Source of the DNA: Eledone cirrhosa
Taxonomy: Eukaryota
DNA length: 64,000 nucleotides
Assembly (NCBI GenBank): GCA_964016885.1
Contig: OZ024753.1
Location: forward strand, 24,924,001 to 24,988,000
Reading direction: 5' to 3'
Below, piece by piece: positions 14,111 to 30,000 of this stretch (position 1 is the stretch's first letter; the number at the start of each line of letters is the position of its first letter). The notes beneath the pieces are model-generated. The model searched no databases. It was not told the origin of the DNA and saw nothing but the letters and a program-made list of their open reading frames with translations. The position numbers and the translations under genes were made by a program.

Positions 14111-17100
14111 CAGGATAGTAATAACTCCAGACAAGATATAGAAACATGATAGTAATAACTCCAGTCAAGACATAGAAACATGATAGTAATAACTCCAGTC
14201 AACACATAGAAAAAGGATAGTAATAACTCCAGTCAAGACATAGAAACATGATAGTAATAACTCCAACCAATTCATAGAAACATGATAGTAATAACTCCAG
14301 TCAAGACATAGAAACAGGATAGTAATAACTCCAGTCAAGACATAGAAACATTATAGTAATAACACCAACCAAGACATAGGAACAGGATAGTAATAACTCC
14401 AGTCAAGACATAGAAACAGGATAGTAATAACTCCAACCAAGATATAGAAACAGGATAGTAATAACTCCAGTCAAGACATAGAAACAGGATAGTAATAGCT
14501 CCAACTAAGACATAGAAACATGATAGTAATAACTCCAACCAAGATATAGAAACAGGATAGTAATAACTCCAGTCAAGACATAGAAACATGATAGTAATAA
14601 CTTCAGTCAAGACATAGAAACAGGATAGTAATAACTCCAACCAAGATATAGAAACAAGATAGTAATAACTCCAGTCAAGACATAGTAACAGGATAGTAAT
14701 AACTCCAACCAAGATATAGAAACAGGATAGTAATAACTCCAGCAAAGACATAGAAACAGGATAGTAATCACTCCAGTCAAGACATAGAAACATGATAGTA
14801 ATAACTCCAGTCAAGACATAGAAACATGATAGTAATAACTCCAACCAAGATATAGAAACAGGATAGTAATAACTCCAGTCAAGACATAGTAACAGGATAG
14901 TAATAACTCCAACCAAGATATAGAAACAGGATAGTAATAACTCCAACCAAAATATAAAAACAGGATAGTAATAACTCCAACCAAGACATAGAAACGGGAT
15001 AGTAATAACTCCAGTCAAGACATAGAAACAGGATAGTAATAACTCCAACCAAGACATACAAACAGGATAGTAATAACTCCAGCAAAGACATAGAAACAGC
15101 ATAGTAATAACTGCAACCAAGACATAGAAACATGATAGTAATAACTTCAGTCAAGATATAGAAACAAGATAGTAATAACTCCAGTCAAGATATAGAAACA
15201 TGATAGTAATAACTCCAGCCAAGACATAGAAACATGATAGTAATAACTCCAGCCAAGACATAGAAACATGATAGCAATAACTCCCGCCAAGATATAGAAA
15301 CATGATAGTAATAACTCGAGTCAAGAGATAGAAACATGATAGTAATAACTCAAGTCAAGACATAGAAACATGATAGTAATAACTCCAGTCAAGATATAGA
15401 AACATGATAGTAATAACCCCAATCAAGTTATAGAAACAGGATAGTAATAACTCCTACCAAGACATAGAAACAGGATAGTAATAACTCCAACCAAGACATA
15501 GAAACAGGATAGTAATAACTCCCGCCAAGATATAGAAACATGATAGTAATAACTCCAATCAAGACATAGAAACATGATAGTAATAACTCCAGTCAAGACA
15601 TAGAAACATGATAGTAATAACTCCAACCAAGACATAGAAACATGATAGTAATAACTCCAACCAAAATATAGAAACATGATAGTAACAACTCCAACCAAGA
15701 AATAGAAACATGATAGTAATAACTCCAACCAAAATATAGAAACATGATAGTAATAACTCCAACCAAGACATAGAAACAGGATAGCAAGAACTCCAACGAA
15801 GATATAGAAATAGGATAGTAATAACTCCAACCAAAATATTGAAACATGATAGTAATAACTCCAACCAAGATATAGAAACATGATAGTAATAACTCCAACC
15901 AAGATATAGAAACAGGATAGTAATAACTCCAACCAAGACATAGAAACAGGATAGTAATAACTCCAGATAAGACATAGAAACAGGATAGTAATAACTCCAG
16001 ACAAGACATAGAAACATGATAGTAATAACTCCAACCAAGATATAGAAACATGATAATAATATCTCCAACCAAGACATAGAAACCGGATAGTAATAACTCC
16101 AGCAAATACATAGAAACAGGATAGTAATAACTCCAGACAAGACTGAGAAACATGATAATAATAACTCCAACCAAGACATAGAGACATGATAGTAATAACC
16201 CCAATCATGACATAAAAACATGATAATAATAACTTCAGTCAAGATATAGAAACATGATAGTAATAACTCCAGTCAAGATATAGAAACATGATAATAATAA
16301 CTCCAGCCAAGACATAGAAACATGATAGTAATAACTCCAGCCAACACATAGAAACATGATAGTAATAACTCCCGCCAAGATATAGAAACATGATAGTAAT
16401 AACTCCAGTCAAGACATAGAAACATGATAGTAATAACTCCAGTCAAGATATAGAAACATGATAGTAATAACCCCAATCAAGTTATAGAAACATGATAGTA
16501 ATAACTCCAACCAAGACATAGAAACATGATAGTAATAACTCCAACCAAAATATAGAAACAGGATAGTAATAACTCTAACCAAGATATAGAAACATGACAG
16601 TAATAACTCCAACCAAAATATAGAAACATGATAGTAGTAACTCCAACCAAGACATAGAAACATGATAGTAATAACTCCAACCAAGACATAGAAACAGGAT
16701 AGTAATAACTCCAACCAAGACATAGAAACAGGATAGTAATAACTCCAACCAAGATATAGAAACAGGATAGTAATAACTCAAACCAAGATATAGAAACAAG
16801 ATAGTAATAACTCCAGCCAAGATATAGAAACAGGATAGTAATAACTCCAACCAAGACATAGAAACAGGATAGTAATAACTCCAACCAAGATATAGAAACA
16901 GGATAGTAATAACTCCAGTCAAGACATAGAAACAGGATAGTAATAACTCCAACTAAGACATAGAAACATGATAGTAATAACTCCAACCAAGATATAGAAA
17001 CAGGATAGTAATAACTCCAGTCAAGACATAGAAACATGATAGTAATAACTCCAGTCAAGACATAGAAACAGGATAGTAATAACTCCAACCAAGATTTAGA

Positions 17101-20100
17101 AACAGGATAGTAATAACTCCAGTCAAGACATAGAAACATGATAGTAATAACTCCAGCCAAGACATAGAAACATGATAGTAATAACTCCCGCCAAGATATA
17201 GAAACATGATAGTAATAACTCGAGTCAAGAGATAGAAACATGATAGTAATAACTCAAGTCAAGACATAGAAACATGATAGTAATAATTCCAGTCAAGATA
17301 TAGAAACATGATAGTAATAACCCCAATCAAGTTATAGAAACATGATAGTAATAACTCCAACCAAGACAGAGAAACATGATAGTAATAACTCCAACCAAAA
17401 TATAGAAACAGGATAGTAATAACTCTAACCAAGACATAGAAACAGGATAGTAATAACTCCAAACTAAATATGGAAACATGATAGTAATAACTCCAATCAA
17501 GACATAGAAACAGGATAGTAATAACTCCTACCAAGACATAGAAACAGGATAGTAATAACTCCAACCAAGACATAGAAACAGGATAGTAATAACTCCAGCC
17601 AAGATATAGAAACAGTATAGTAATAACTCCAACCAAGACATAGAAACAGGATAGTAATAACTCCCGCCAAGATATAGAAACATGATAGTAATAACTCCAG
17701 TCAAGAGATAGAAACATGATAGTAATAACTCCAGTCAAGACATAGAAACATGATAGTAATAACTCCAACCAAGACATAGAAACATGATAGTAATAACGCC
17801 AACCAAACTATAGAAACATGATAGTAACAACTCCAACCAAGAAATAGAAACATGATAGTAATAACTCCAACCAAAATATAGAAACATGATAGTAATAACT
17901 CCAACCAAGACATAGAAACATGATAGTAATAACTCCAACCAAGACATAGAAACAGGATAGTAATAACTCCAACGAAGATATAGAAATAGGATAGTAATAA
18001 CTCCAACCAAAATATTGAAACATGATAGTAATAACTCCAACCAAGATATAGAAACATGATAGTAATAACTCCAACCAAGATATAGAAACAGGATAGTAAT
18101 AACTCTAACCAAGACATAGAAACAGGATAGTAATAACTCCAGACAAGACATAGAAACAGGATAGTAATAACTCCAGACAAGACATAGAAACAGGATAGTA
18201 ATAACTCCAGACAAGACATAGAAACATGATAGTAATAACTCCAACCAAGATATAGAAACATGATAATAATATCTCCAACCAAGACATAGAAACAAGATAG
18301 TAATAGCTCCAGCAAAGACATAGAAACAGGATAGTAATAACTCCAGACAAGACTGAGAAACATGATAATAATAACTCCAACCAAGACATAGAAACATGAT
18401 AGTAATAACCCCAATCATGACATAAAAACATGATAATAATAACTTCAGTCAAGATATAGAAACATGATAGTAATAACTCCAGTCAAGATATAGAAACATG
18501 ATAATAATAACTCCAGCCAAGACATAGAAACATGATAGTAAAAACTCCAGCCAACACATAGAAACATGATAGTAATAACTCCCGCCAAGATATAGAAACA
18601 TGATAGTAATAACTCCAGTCAAGACATAGAAACATGATAGTAATAACTCCAGTCAAGATATAGAAACATGATAGTAATAACCCCAATCAAGTTATAGAAA
18701 CATGATAGTAATAACTCCAACCAAGACATAGAAACATGATAGTAATAACTCCAACCAAAATATAGAAACAGGATAGTAATAACTCTAACCAAGATATAGA
18801 AACATGATAGTAATAACTCCAACCAAAATATAGAAACATGATAGTAGTAACTCCAACCAAGACATAGAAACATGATAGTAATAACTCCAACCAAGACATA
18901 GAAACAGGATAGTAATAACTCCAACCAAGATATAGAAATAGGATAGTAATAACTCCAACCAAAATATTGATACATGATAGTAATAACTCCAACCAAGACA
19001 TAGAAACAGGATAGTAATAACTCCAACCAAGATATAGAAATAGGATAGTAATAACTCCAACCAAAATATTGAAACATGATAGTAATAACTCCAACCAAGA
19101 TATAGAAACATGATAATAATATCTCCAACCAAGACATAGAAACAGGATAGTAATAACTCCACCAAAGACATAGAAACAGGATAGTAATAACTCCAGACAA
19201 GATATAGAAACATGATAGTAATAACTCCAGTCAAGACATAGAAACATGATAGTAATAACTCCAGTCAACACATAGAAAAAGGATAGTAATAACTCCAGTC
19301 AAGACATAGAAACATGATAGTAATAACTCCAACCAATTCATAGAAACATGATAGTAATAACTCCAGTCAAGACATAGAAACAGGATAGTAATAACTCCAG
19401 TCAAGACATAGAAACATTATAGTAATAACACCAACCAAGACATAGGAACAGGATAGTAATAACTCCAGTCAAGACATAGAAACAGGATAGTAATAACTCC
19501 AACCAAGATATAGAAACAGGATAGTAATAACTCCAGTCAAGACATAGAAACAGGATAGTAATAGCTCCAACTAAGACATAGAAACATGATAGTAATAACT
19601 CCAACCAAGATATAGAAACAGGATAGTAATAACTCCAGTCAAGACATAGAAACATGATAGTAATAACTTCAGTCAAGACATAGAAACAGGATAGTAATAA
19701 CTCCAACCAAGATATAGAAACAAGATAGTAATAACTCCAGTCAAGACATAGTAACAGGATAGTAATAACTCCAACCAAGATATAGAAACAGGATAGTAAT
19801 AACTCCAGCAAAGACATAGAAACAGGATAGTAATCACTCCAGTCAAGACATAGAAACATGATAGTAATAACTCCAGTCAAGACATAGAAACATGATAGTA
19901 ATAACTCCAACCAAGATATAGAAACAGGATAGTAATAACTCCAGTCAAGACATAGTAACAGGATAGTAATAACTCCAACCAAGATATAGAAACAGGATAG
20001 TAATAACTCCAACCAAAATATAAAAACAGGATAGTAATAACTCCAACCAAGACATAGAAACGGGATAGTAATAACTCCAGTCAAGACATAGAAACAGGAT

Positions 20101-21658
20101 AGTAATAACTCCAACCAAGACATACAAACAGGATAGTAATAACTCCAGCAAAGACATAGAAACAGCATAGTAATAACTGCAACCAAGACATAGAAACATG
20201 ATAGTAATAACTTCAGTCAAGATATAGAAACAAGATAGTAATAACTCCAGTCAAGATATAGAAACATGATAGTAATAACTCCAGCCAAGACATAGAAACA
20301 TGATAGTAATAACTCCAGCCAAGACATAGAAACATGATAGCAATAACTCCCGCCAAGATATAGAAACATGATAGTAATAACTCGAGTCAAGAGATAGAAA
20401 CATGATAGTAATAACTCAAGTCAAGACATAGAAACATGATAGTAATAACTCCAGTCAAGATATAGAAACATGATAGTAATAACCCCAATCAAGTTATAGA
20501 AACAGGATAGTAATAACTCCTACCAAGACATAGAAACAGGATAGTAATAACTCCAACCAAGACATAGAAACAGGATAGTAATAACTCCCGCCAAGATATA
20601 GAAACATGATAGTAATAACTCCAATCAAGACATAGAAACATGATAGTAATAACTCCAGTCAAGACATAGAAACATGATAGTAATAACTCCAACCAAGACA
20701 TAGAAACATGATAGTAATAACTCCAACCAAAATATAGAAACATGATAGTAACAACTCCAACCAAGAAATAGAAACATGATAGTAATAACTCCAACCAAAA
20801 TATAGAAACATGATAGTAATAACTCCAACCAAGACATAGAAACAGGATAGCAAGAACTCCAACGAAGATATAGAAATAGGATAGTAATAACTCCAACCAA
20901 AATATTGAAACATGATAGTAATAACTCCAACCAAGATATAGAAACATGATAGTAATAACTCCAACCAAGATATAGAAACAGGATAGTAATAACTCCAACC
21001 AAGACATAGAAACAGGATAGTAATAACTCCAGATAAGACATAGAAACAGGATAGTAATAACTCCAGACAAGACATAGAAACATGATAGTAATAACTCCAA
21101 CCAAGATATAGAAACATGATAATAATATCTCCAACCAAGACATAGAAACCGGATAGTAATAACTCCAGCAAATACATAGAAACAGGATAGTAATAACTCC
21201 AGACAAGACTGAGAAACATGATAATAATAACTCCAACCAAGACATAGAGACATGATAGTAATAACCCCAATCATGACATAAAAACATGATAATAATAACT
21301 TCAGTCAAGATATAGAAACATGATAGTAATAACTCCAGTCAAGATATAGAAACATGATAATAATAACTCCAGCCAAGACATAGAAACATGATAGTAATAA
21401 CTCCAGCCAACACATAGAAACATGATAGTAATAACTCCCGCCAAGATATAGAAACATGATAGTAATAACTCCAGTCAAGACATAGAAACATGATAGTAAT
21501 AACTCCAGTCAAGATATAGAAACATGATAGTAATAACCCCAATCAAGTTATAGAAACATGATAGTAATAACTCCAACCAAGACATAGAAACATGATAGTA
21601 ATAACTCCAACCAAAATATAGAAACAGGATAGTAATAACTCTAACCAAGATATAGAAA
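11799..21658. repeat. Near-identical ~4.8-kb duplication at 5,066-bp (149-monomer) spacing: ~11799-16592 and ~16865-21658
   Basis: Private variants recur at exactly +5066: AATTCCAGTC (~12219/17285), AACGCCAACC (~12729/17795), AGTAAAAACT (13471/18537), AAACGGGAT (14992/20058). ORF pairs 12193/17259, 14335/19401 and 16273/21339 translate identically. Confidence 0.93.
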
Positions 21659-23660
21659 CATGATAGTAATAACTCCAACCAAAATATAGAAACATGATAG
21701 TAGTAACTCCATCCAAGACATAGAAACATGATAGTAATAACTCCAACCAAGACATAGAAACATGATAGTAATAACTTCAGTCAAGATATAGAAACAAGAT
21801 AGTAATAACTCCAGTCAAGATATAGAAACATGATAGTAATAACTCCAGCCAAGACATAGAAACATGATAGTAATAACTCCAGCCAAGACATAGAAACATG
21901 ATAGCAATAACTCCCGCCAAGATATAGAAACATGATAGTAATAACTCGAGTCAAGAGATAGAAACATGATAGTAATAACTCAAGTCAAGACATAGAAACA
22001 TGATAGTAATAACTCCAGTCAAGATATAGAAACATGATAGTAATAACCCCAATCAAGTTATAGAAACAGGATAGTAATAACTCCTACCAAGACATAGAAA
22101 CAGGATAGTAATAACTCCAACCAAGACATAGAAACAGGATAGTAATAACTCCCGCCAAGATATAGAAACATGATAGTAATAACTCCAATCAAGACATAGA
22201 AACATGATAGTAATAACTCCAGTCAAGACATAGAAACATGATAGTAATAACTCCAACCAAGACATAGAAACATGATAGTAATAACTCCAACCAAAATATA
22301 GAAACATGATAGTAACAACTCCAACCAAGAAATAGTAACATGATAGTAATAACTCCAACCAAAATATAGAAACATGATAGTAATAACTCCAGCCAAGATA
22401 TAGAAACAGTATAGTAATAACTCCAACCAAGACATAGAAACAGGATAGTAATAACTCCAACGAAGACATAGAAACAGGATAGTAATAACTCCCGCCAAGA
22501 TATAGAAACATGATAGTAATAACTCCAATCAAGACATAGAAACATGATAGTAATAACTCCAGTCAAGACATAGAAACATGATAGTAATAACTCCAACCAA
22601 GACATAGAAACATGATAGTAATAACTCCAACCAAAATATAGAAACATGATAGTAACAACTCCAACCAAGAAATAGAAACATGATAGTAATAACTCCAACC
22701 AAAATATAGAAACATGATAGTAATAACTCCAACCAAGACATAGAAACAGGATAGCAATAACTCCAACGAAGATATAGAAATAGGATAGTAATAACTCCAA
22801 CCAAAATATTGAAACATGATAGTAATAACTCCAACCAAGATATAGAAACATGATAGTAATAACTCCAACCAAGATATAGAAACAGGATAGTAATAACTCC
22901 AACCAAGACATAGAAACAGGATAGTAATAACTCCAGATAAGACATAGAAACAGGATAGTAATAACTCCAGACAAGACATAGAAACATGATAGTAATAACT
23001 CCAACCAAGATATAGAAACATGATAATAATATCTCCAACCAAGACATAGAAACCGGATAGTAATAACTCCAGCAAATACATAGAAACAGGATAGTAATAA
23101 CTCCAGACAAGACTGAGAAACATGATAATAATAACTCCAACCAAGACATAGAGACATGATAGTAATAACCCCAATCATGACATAAAAACATGATAATAAT
23201 AACTTCAGTCAAGATATAGAAACATGATAGTAATAACTCCAGTCAAGATATAGAAACATGATAATAATAACTCCAGCCAAGACATAGAAACATGATAGTA
23301 ATAACTCCAGCCAACACATAGAAACATGATAGTAATAACTCCCGCCAAGATATAGAAACATGATAGTAATAACTCCAGTCAAGACATAGAAACATGATAG
23401 TAATAACTCCAGTCAAGATATAGAAACATGATAGTAATAACCCCAATCAAGTTATAGAAACATGATAGTAATAACTCCAACCAAGACATAGAAACATGAT
23501 AGTAATAACTCCAACCAAAATATAGAAACAGGATAGTAATAACTCTAACCAAGATATAGAAACATGATAGTAATAACTCCAACCAAAATATAGAAACATG
23601 ATAGTAGTAACTCCATCCAAGACATAGAAACATGATAGTAATAACTCCAACCAAGACATA
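20197..23660. repeat. Further duplication of block ~20197-21760 into ~21761-23660, with 10 extra monomers (offsets 1,564 then 1,904 bp)
   Basis: The TTCAGTCAAGATATAGAAACAAG monomer is at 20197 and 21761 (+1564 = 46 monomers), and CTCGAG at 20381 and 21945. ORF pairs 20625/22529 and 21339/23243 are offset by 1904 (56 monomers). Confidence 0.85.
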
Positions 23661-24009
23661 GAAACAGGATAGTAATAACTCCAACCAAGATATAGAAATA
23701 GGATAGTAATAACTCCAACCAAAATATTGATACATGATAGTAATAACTCCAACCAAGACATAGAAACAGGATAGTAATAACTCCAACCAAGATATAGAAA
23801 TAGGATAGTAATAACTCCAACCAAAATATTGAAACATGATAGTAATAACTCCAACCAAGATATAGAAACATGATAATAATATCTCCAACCAAGACATAGA
23901 AACAGGATAGTAATAACTCCACCAAAGACATAGAAACAGGATAGTAATAACTCCAGACAAGACTGAGAAACATGATAATAATAACTCCAACCAAGACATA
24001 GAAACATGA

Positions 24010-27000
24010 TAGCAATAACTCCAACCAAAATATAGAAACAGGATAGTAATAACTCTAACCAAGATATAGAAACATGATAGTAATAACTCCAACCAAAATA
24101 TAGAAACATGATAGTAGTAACTCCATCCAAGACATAGAAACATGATAGTAATAACTCCAACCAAGATATAGAAACATGATAATAATATCTCCAACCAAGA
24201 CATAGAAACAGGATAGTAATAACTCCACCAAAGACATAGAAACAGGATAGTAATAACTCCAGTCAAGACTGAGAAACATGATAATAATAATTCCAACCAA
24301 GACATAGAAACAGGATAGTAATAACTCCAAACTAAATATGGAAACATGATAGTAATAACTCCAATCAAGACATAGAAACAGGATAGTAATAACTCCTACC
24401 AAGACATAGAAACAGGATAGTAATAACTCCAACCAAGACATAGAAACAGGATAGTAATAACTCCAGCCAAGATATAGAAACAGTATAGTAATAACTCCAA
24501 ACAAGACATAGAAACAGGATAGTAATAACTCCAACCAAGACATAGAAACAGGATAGTAATAACTCCAGCCAAGATATAGAAACAGGATAGTAATAACTCC
24601 AACCAAGACATAGAAACATGATAGTAATAACTCCAACCAAGATATAGAAACAGGATAGTAATAACTCAAACCAAGATATAGAAACAAGATAGTAATAACT
24701 CCAGTCAAGATATAGAAACATGATAGTAATAACTCCAGCCAAGACATAGAAACATGATAGTAATAACTCCAGCCAAGACATAGAAACATGATAGTAATAA
24801 CTCCCGCCAAGATATAGAAACATGATAGTAATAACTCCAGTCAAGACATAGAAACATGATAGTAATAACTCCAGTCAAGATATAGAAACATGATAGTAAT
24901 AACTCCAACCAAGACATAGAAACATGATAGTAATAACTCCAACCAAAATATAGAAACATGATAGTAACAACTCCAACCAAGAAATAGAAACATGATAGTA
25001 GTAACTCCAACCAAAATATGGAAACATGATAGTAATAACTCCAACCAAGACATAGAAACATGATAGTAATAACTCCAACCAAGACATAGAAACAGGATAG
25101 TAATAACTCCAACCGAGATATAGAAATAGGATAGTAATAACTCCAACCAAAATATTGAAACATGATAGTAATAACTCCAACCAAGATATAGAAACATGAT
25201 AGTAATAACTCCAACCAAGATATAGACACAGGATAGTAATAACTCCAACCAAGACATAGAAACAGGATAGTAATAACTCCAGACAAGACATAGGAACAGG
25301 ATAGTAATAACTCCAGCAAAGACATAGAAACAGGATAGTAATAACTCCAGACAAGACTGAGAAACATGATAATAATAACTCCAACCAAGACATAGAAACA
25401 TGATAGTAATAACTCCAATCATGACATAAAAACATGATAATAATAACTTCAGTCAAGATATAGAAACATGATAGTAATAACTCCAGTCAAGATATAGAAA
25501 CATGATAGTAATAACTCCAGCCAAGACATAGAAACATGATAGTAATAACTCCAGCCAACACATAGAAACATGATAGTAATAACTCCCGCCAAGATATAGA
25601 AACATGATAGTAATAACTCCAGTCAAGACATAGAAACATGATAGTAATAACTCCAGTCAAGATATAGAAACATGATAGTAATAACCCCAATCAAGTTATA
25701 GAAACATGATAGTAATAACTCCAACCAAGACATAGAAACATGATAGTAATAACTCCGACCAAAATATAGAAACAGGATAGTAATAACTCTAACCAAGATA
25801 TAGAAACATGATAGTAATAACTCCAACCAAAATATAGAAACATGATAGTAGTAACTCCAACCAAGACATAGAAACATGATAGTAATAACTTCAACCAAGA
25901 TATAGAAATAGGATAGTAATAACTCTAACCAAAATATTGAAACATGATAGTAATAACTCCAACCAAGATATAGAAACAGGATAGTAATAATTCCAACCAA
26001 GACATAGAAACAGGATAGTAATAACTCCAAACTAAATATGGAAACATGATAGTAATAACTCCAATCAAGACATAGAAACAGTATAGTAATAACTCCTACC
26101 AAGACATAGAAACAGGATAGTAATAACTCCAACCAAGACATAGAAACAGGATAGTAATAACTCCAGCCAAGATATAGAAACAGTATAGTAATAACTACAA
26201 CCAAGACATAGAAACAGGATAGTAATAACTCCAACCAAGACATAGAAACAGGATAGTAATAACTCCAGCCAAGATATAGAAACAGGATAGTAATAACTCC
26301 AACCAAGACATAGAAACAGGATAGTAATAACTCCAGCCAAGATATAGAAACAGTATAGTAATAACTCCAACCAAGACATAGAAACAGGATAGTAATAACT
26401 CCAACCAAGACATAGAAACAGGATAGTAATAACTCCAGACAAGACTGAGAAACATGATAATAATAACTCCAACCAAGACATAGAAACATGATAGTAATAA
26501 CTCCAACCAAAATATAGAAACAGGATAGTAATAACTCTAACCAAGATATAGAAACATGATAGTAATAACTCCAACCAAAATATAGAAACATGATAGTAGT
26601 CACTCCATCCAAGACATAGAAACATGATAGTAATAACTCCAACCAAGATATAGAAACATGATAATAATATCTCCAACCAAGACATAGAAACAGGATAGTA
26701 ATAACTCCACCAAAGACATAGAAACAGGATAGTAATAACTCCAGACAAGACTGAGAAACATGATAATAATAATTCCAACCAAGACATAGAAACATGATAG
26801 TAATAACTCCAGCCAAGACATAGAAACATGATAGTAATAACTCCCGCCAAGATATAGAAACATGATAGTAATAACTCCAGTCAAGACATAGAAACATGAT
26901 AGTAATAACTCCAGTCAAGATATAGAAACATGATAGTAATAACTCCAACCAAGACATAGAAACATGATAGTAATAACTCCAACCAAAATATAGAAACATG

Positions 27001-30000
27001 ATAGTAACAACTCCAACCAAGAAATAGAAACATGATAGTAGTAACTCCAACCAAAATATGGAAACATGATAGTAATAACTCCAACCAAGACATAGAAACA
27101 TGATAGTAATAACTCCAACCAAGACATAGAAACAGGATAGTAATAACTCCAACCGAGATATAGAAATAGGATAGTAATAACTCCAACCAAAATATTGAAA
27201 CATGATAGTAATAACTCCAACCAAGATATAGAAACATGATAGTAATAACTCCAACCAAGATATAGACACAGGATAGTAATAACTCCAACCAAGACATAGA
27301 AACAGGATAGTAATAACTCCAGACAAGACATAGGAACAGGATAGTAATAACTCCAGCAAAGACATAGAAACAGGATAGTAATAACTCCAGACAAGACTGA
27401 GAAACATGATAATAATAACTCCAACCAAGACATAGAAACATGATAGTAATAACTCCAATCATGACATAAAAACATGATAATAATAACTTCAGTCAAGATA
27501 TAGAAACATGATAGTAATAACTCCAGTCAAGATATAGAAACATGATAGTAATAACTCCAGCCAAGACATAGAAACATGATAGTAATAACTCCAGCCAACA
27601 CATAGAAACATGATAGTAATAACTCCCGCCAAGATATAGAAACATGATAGTAATAACTCCAGTCAAGACATAGAAACATGATAGTAATAACTCCAGTCAA
27701 GATATAGAAACATGATAGTAATAACCCCAATCAAGTTATAGAAACATGATAGTAATAACTCCAACCAAGACATAGAAACATGATAGTAATAACTCCGACC
27801 AAAATATAGAAACAGGATAGTAATAACTCTAACCAAGATATAGAAACATGATAGTAATAACTCCAACCAAAATATAGAAACATGATAGTAGTAACTCCAA
27901 CCAAGACATAGAAACATGATAGTAATAACTTCAACCAAGATATAGAAATAGGATAGTAATAACTCTAACCAAAATATTGAAACATGATAGTAATAACTCC
28001 AACCAAGATATAGAAACAGGATAGTAATAATTCCAACCAAGACATAGAAACAGGATAGTAATAACTCCAAACTAAATATGGAAACATGATAGTAATAACT
28101 CCAATCAAGACATAGAAACAGTATAGTAATAACTCCTACCAAGACATAGAAACAGGATAGTAATAACTCCAACCAAGACATAGAAACAGGATAGTAATAA
28201 CTCCAGCCAAGATATAGAAACAGTATAGTAATAACTACAACCAAGACATAGAAACAGGATAGTAATAACTCCAACCAAGACATAGAAACAGGATAGTAAT
28301 AACTCCAGCCAAGATATAGAAACAGGATAGTAATAACTCCAACCAAGACATAGAAACAGGATAGTAATAACTCCAGCCAAGATATAGAAACAGTATAGTA
28401 ATAACTCCAACCAAGACATAGAAACAGGATAGTAATAACTCCAACCAAGACATAGAAACAGGATAGTAATAACTCCAGACAAGACTGAGAAACATGATAA
28501 TAATAACTCCAACCAAGACATAGAAACATGATAGTAATAACTCCAACCAAAATATAGAAACAGGATAGTAATAACTCTAACCAAGATATAGAAACATGAT
28601 AGTAATAACTCCAACCAAAATATAGAAACATGATAGTAGTAACTCCATCCAAGACATAGAAACATGATAGTAATAACTCCAACCAAGATATAGAAACATG
28701 ATAATAATATCTCCAACCAAGACATAGAAACAGGATAGTAATAACTCCACCAAAGACATAGAAACAGGATAGTAATAACTCCAGACAAGACTGAGAAACA
28801 TGATAATAATAATTCCAACCAAGACATAGAAACAGGATAGTAATAACTCCAAACTAAATATGGAAACATGATAGTAATAACTCCAATCAAGACATAGAAA
28901 CAGGATAGTAATAACTCCTACCAAGACATAGAAACAGGATAGTAATAACTCCAACCAAGACATAGAAACAGGATAGTAATAACTCCAGCCAAGATATAGA
29001 AACAGTATAGTAATAACTCCAAACAAGACATAGAAACAGGATAGTAATAACTCCAACCAAGACATAGAAACAGGATAGTAATAACTCCAGCCAAGATATA
29101 GAAACAGGATAGTAATAACTCCAACCAAGACATAGAAACATGATAGTAATAACTCCAACCAAGATATAGAAACAGGATAGTAATAACTCAAACCAAGATA
29201 TAGAAACAAGATAGTAATAACTCCAGTCAAGATATAGAAACATGATAGTAATAACTCCAGCCAAGACATAGAAACATGATAGTAATAACTCCAGCCAAGA
29301 CATAGAAACATGATAGTAATAACTCCCGCCAAGATATAGAAACATGATAGTAATAACTCCAGTCAAGACATAGAAACATGATAGTAATAACTCCAGTCAA
29401 GATATAGAAACATGATAGTAATAACTCCAACCAAGACATAGAAACATGATAGTAATAACTCCAACCAAAATATAGAAACATGATAGTAACAACTCCAACC
29501 AAGAAATAGAAACATGATAGTAGTAACTCCAACCAAAATATGGAAACATGATAGTAATAACTCCAACCAAGACATAGAAACATGATAGTAATAACTCCAA
29601 CCAAGACATAGAAACAGGATAGTAATAACTCCAACCGAGATATAGAAATAGGATAGTAATAACTCCAACCAAAATATTGAAACATGATAGTAATAACTCC
29701 AACCAAGATATAGAAACATGATAGTAATAACTCCAACCAAGATATAGACACAGGATAGTAATAACTCCAACCAAGACATAGAAACAGGATAGTAATAACT
29801 CCAGACAAGACATAGGAACAGGATAGTAATAACTCCAGCAAAGACATAGAAACAGGATAGTAATAACTCCAGACAAGACTGAGAAACATGATAATAATAA
29901 CTCCAACCAAGACATAGAAACATGATAGTAATAACTCCAATCATGACATAAAAACATGATAATAATAACTTCAGTCAAGATATAGAAACATGATAGTAAT

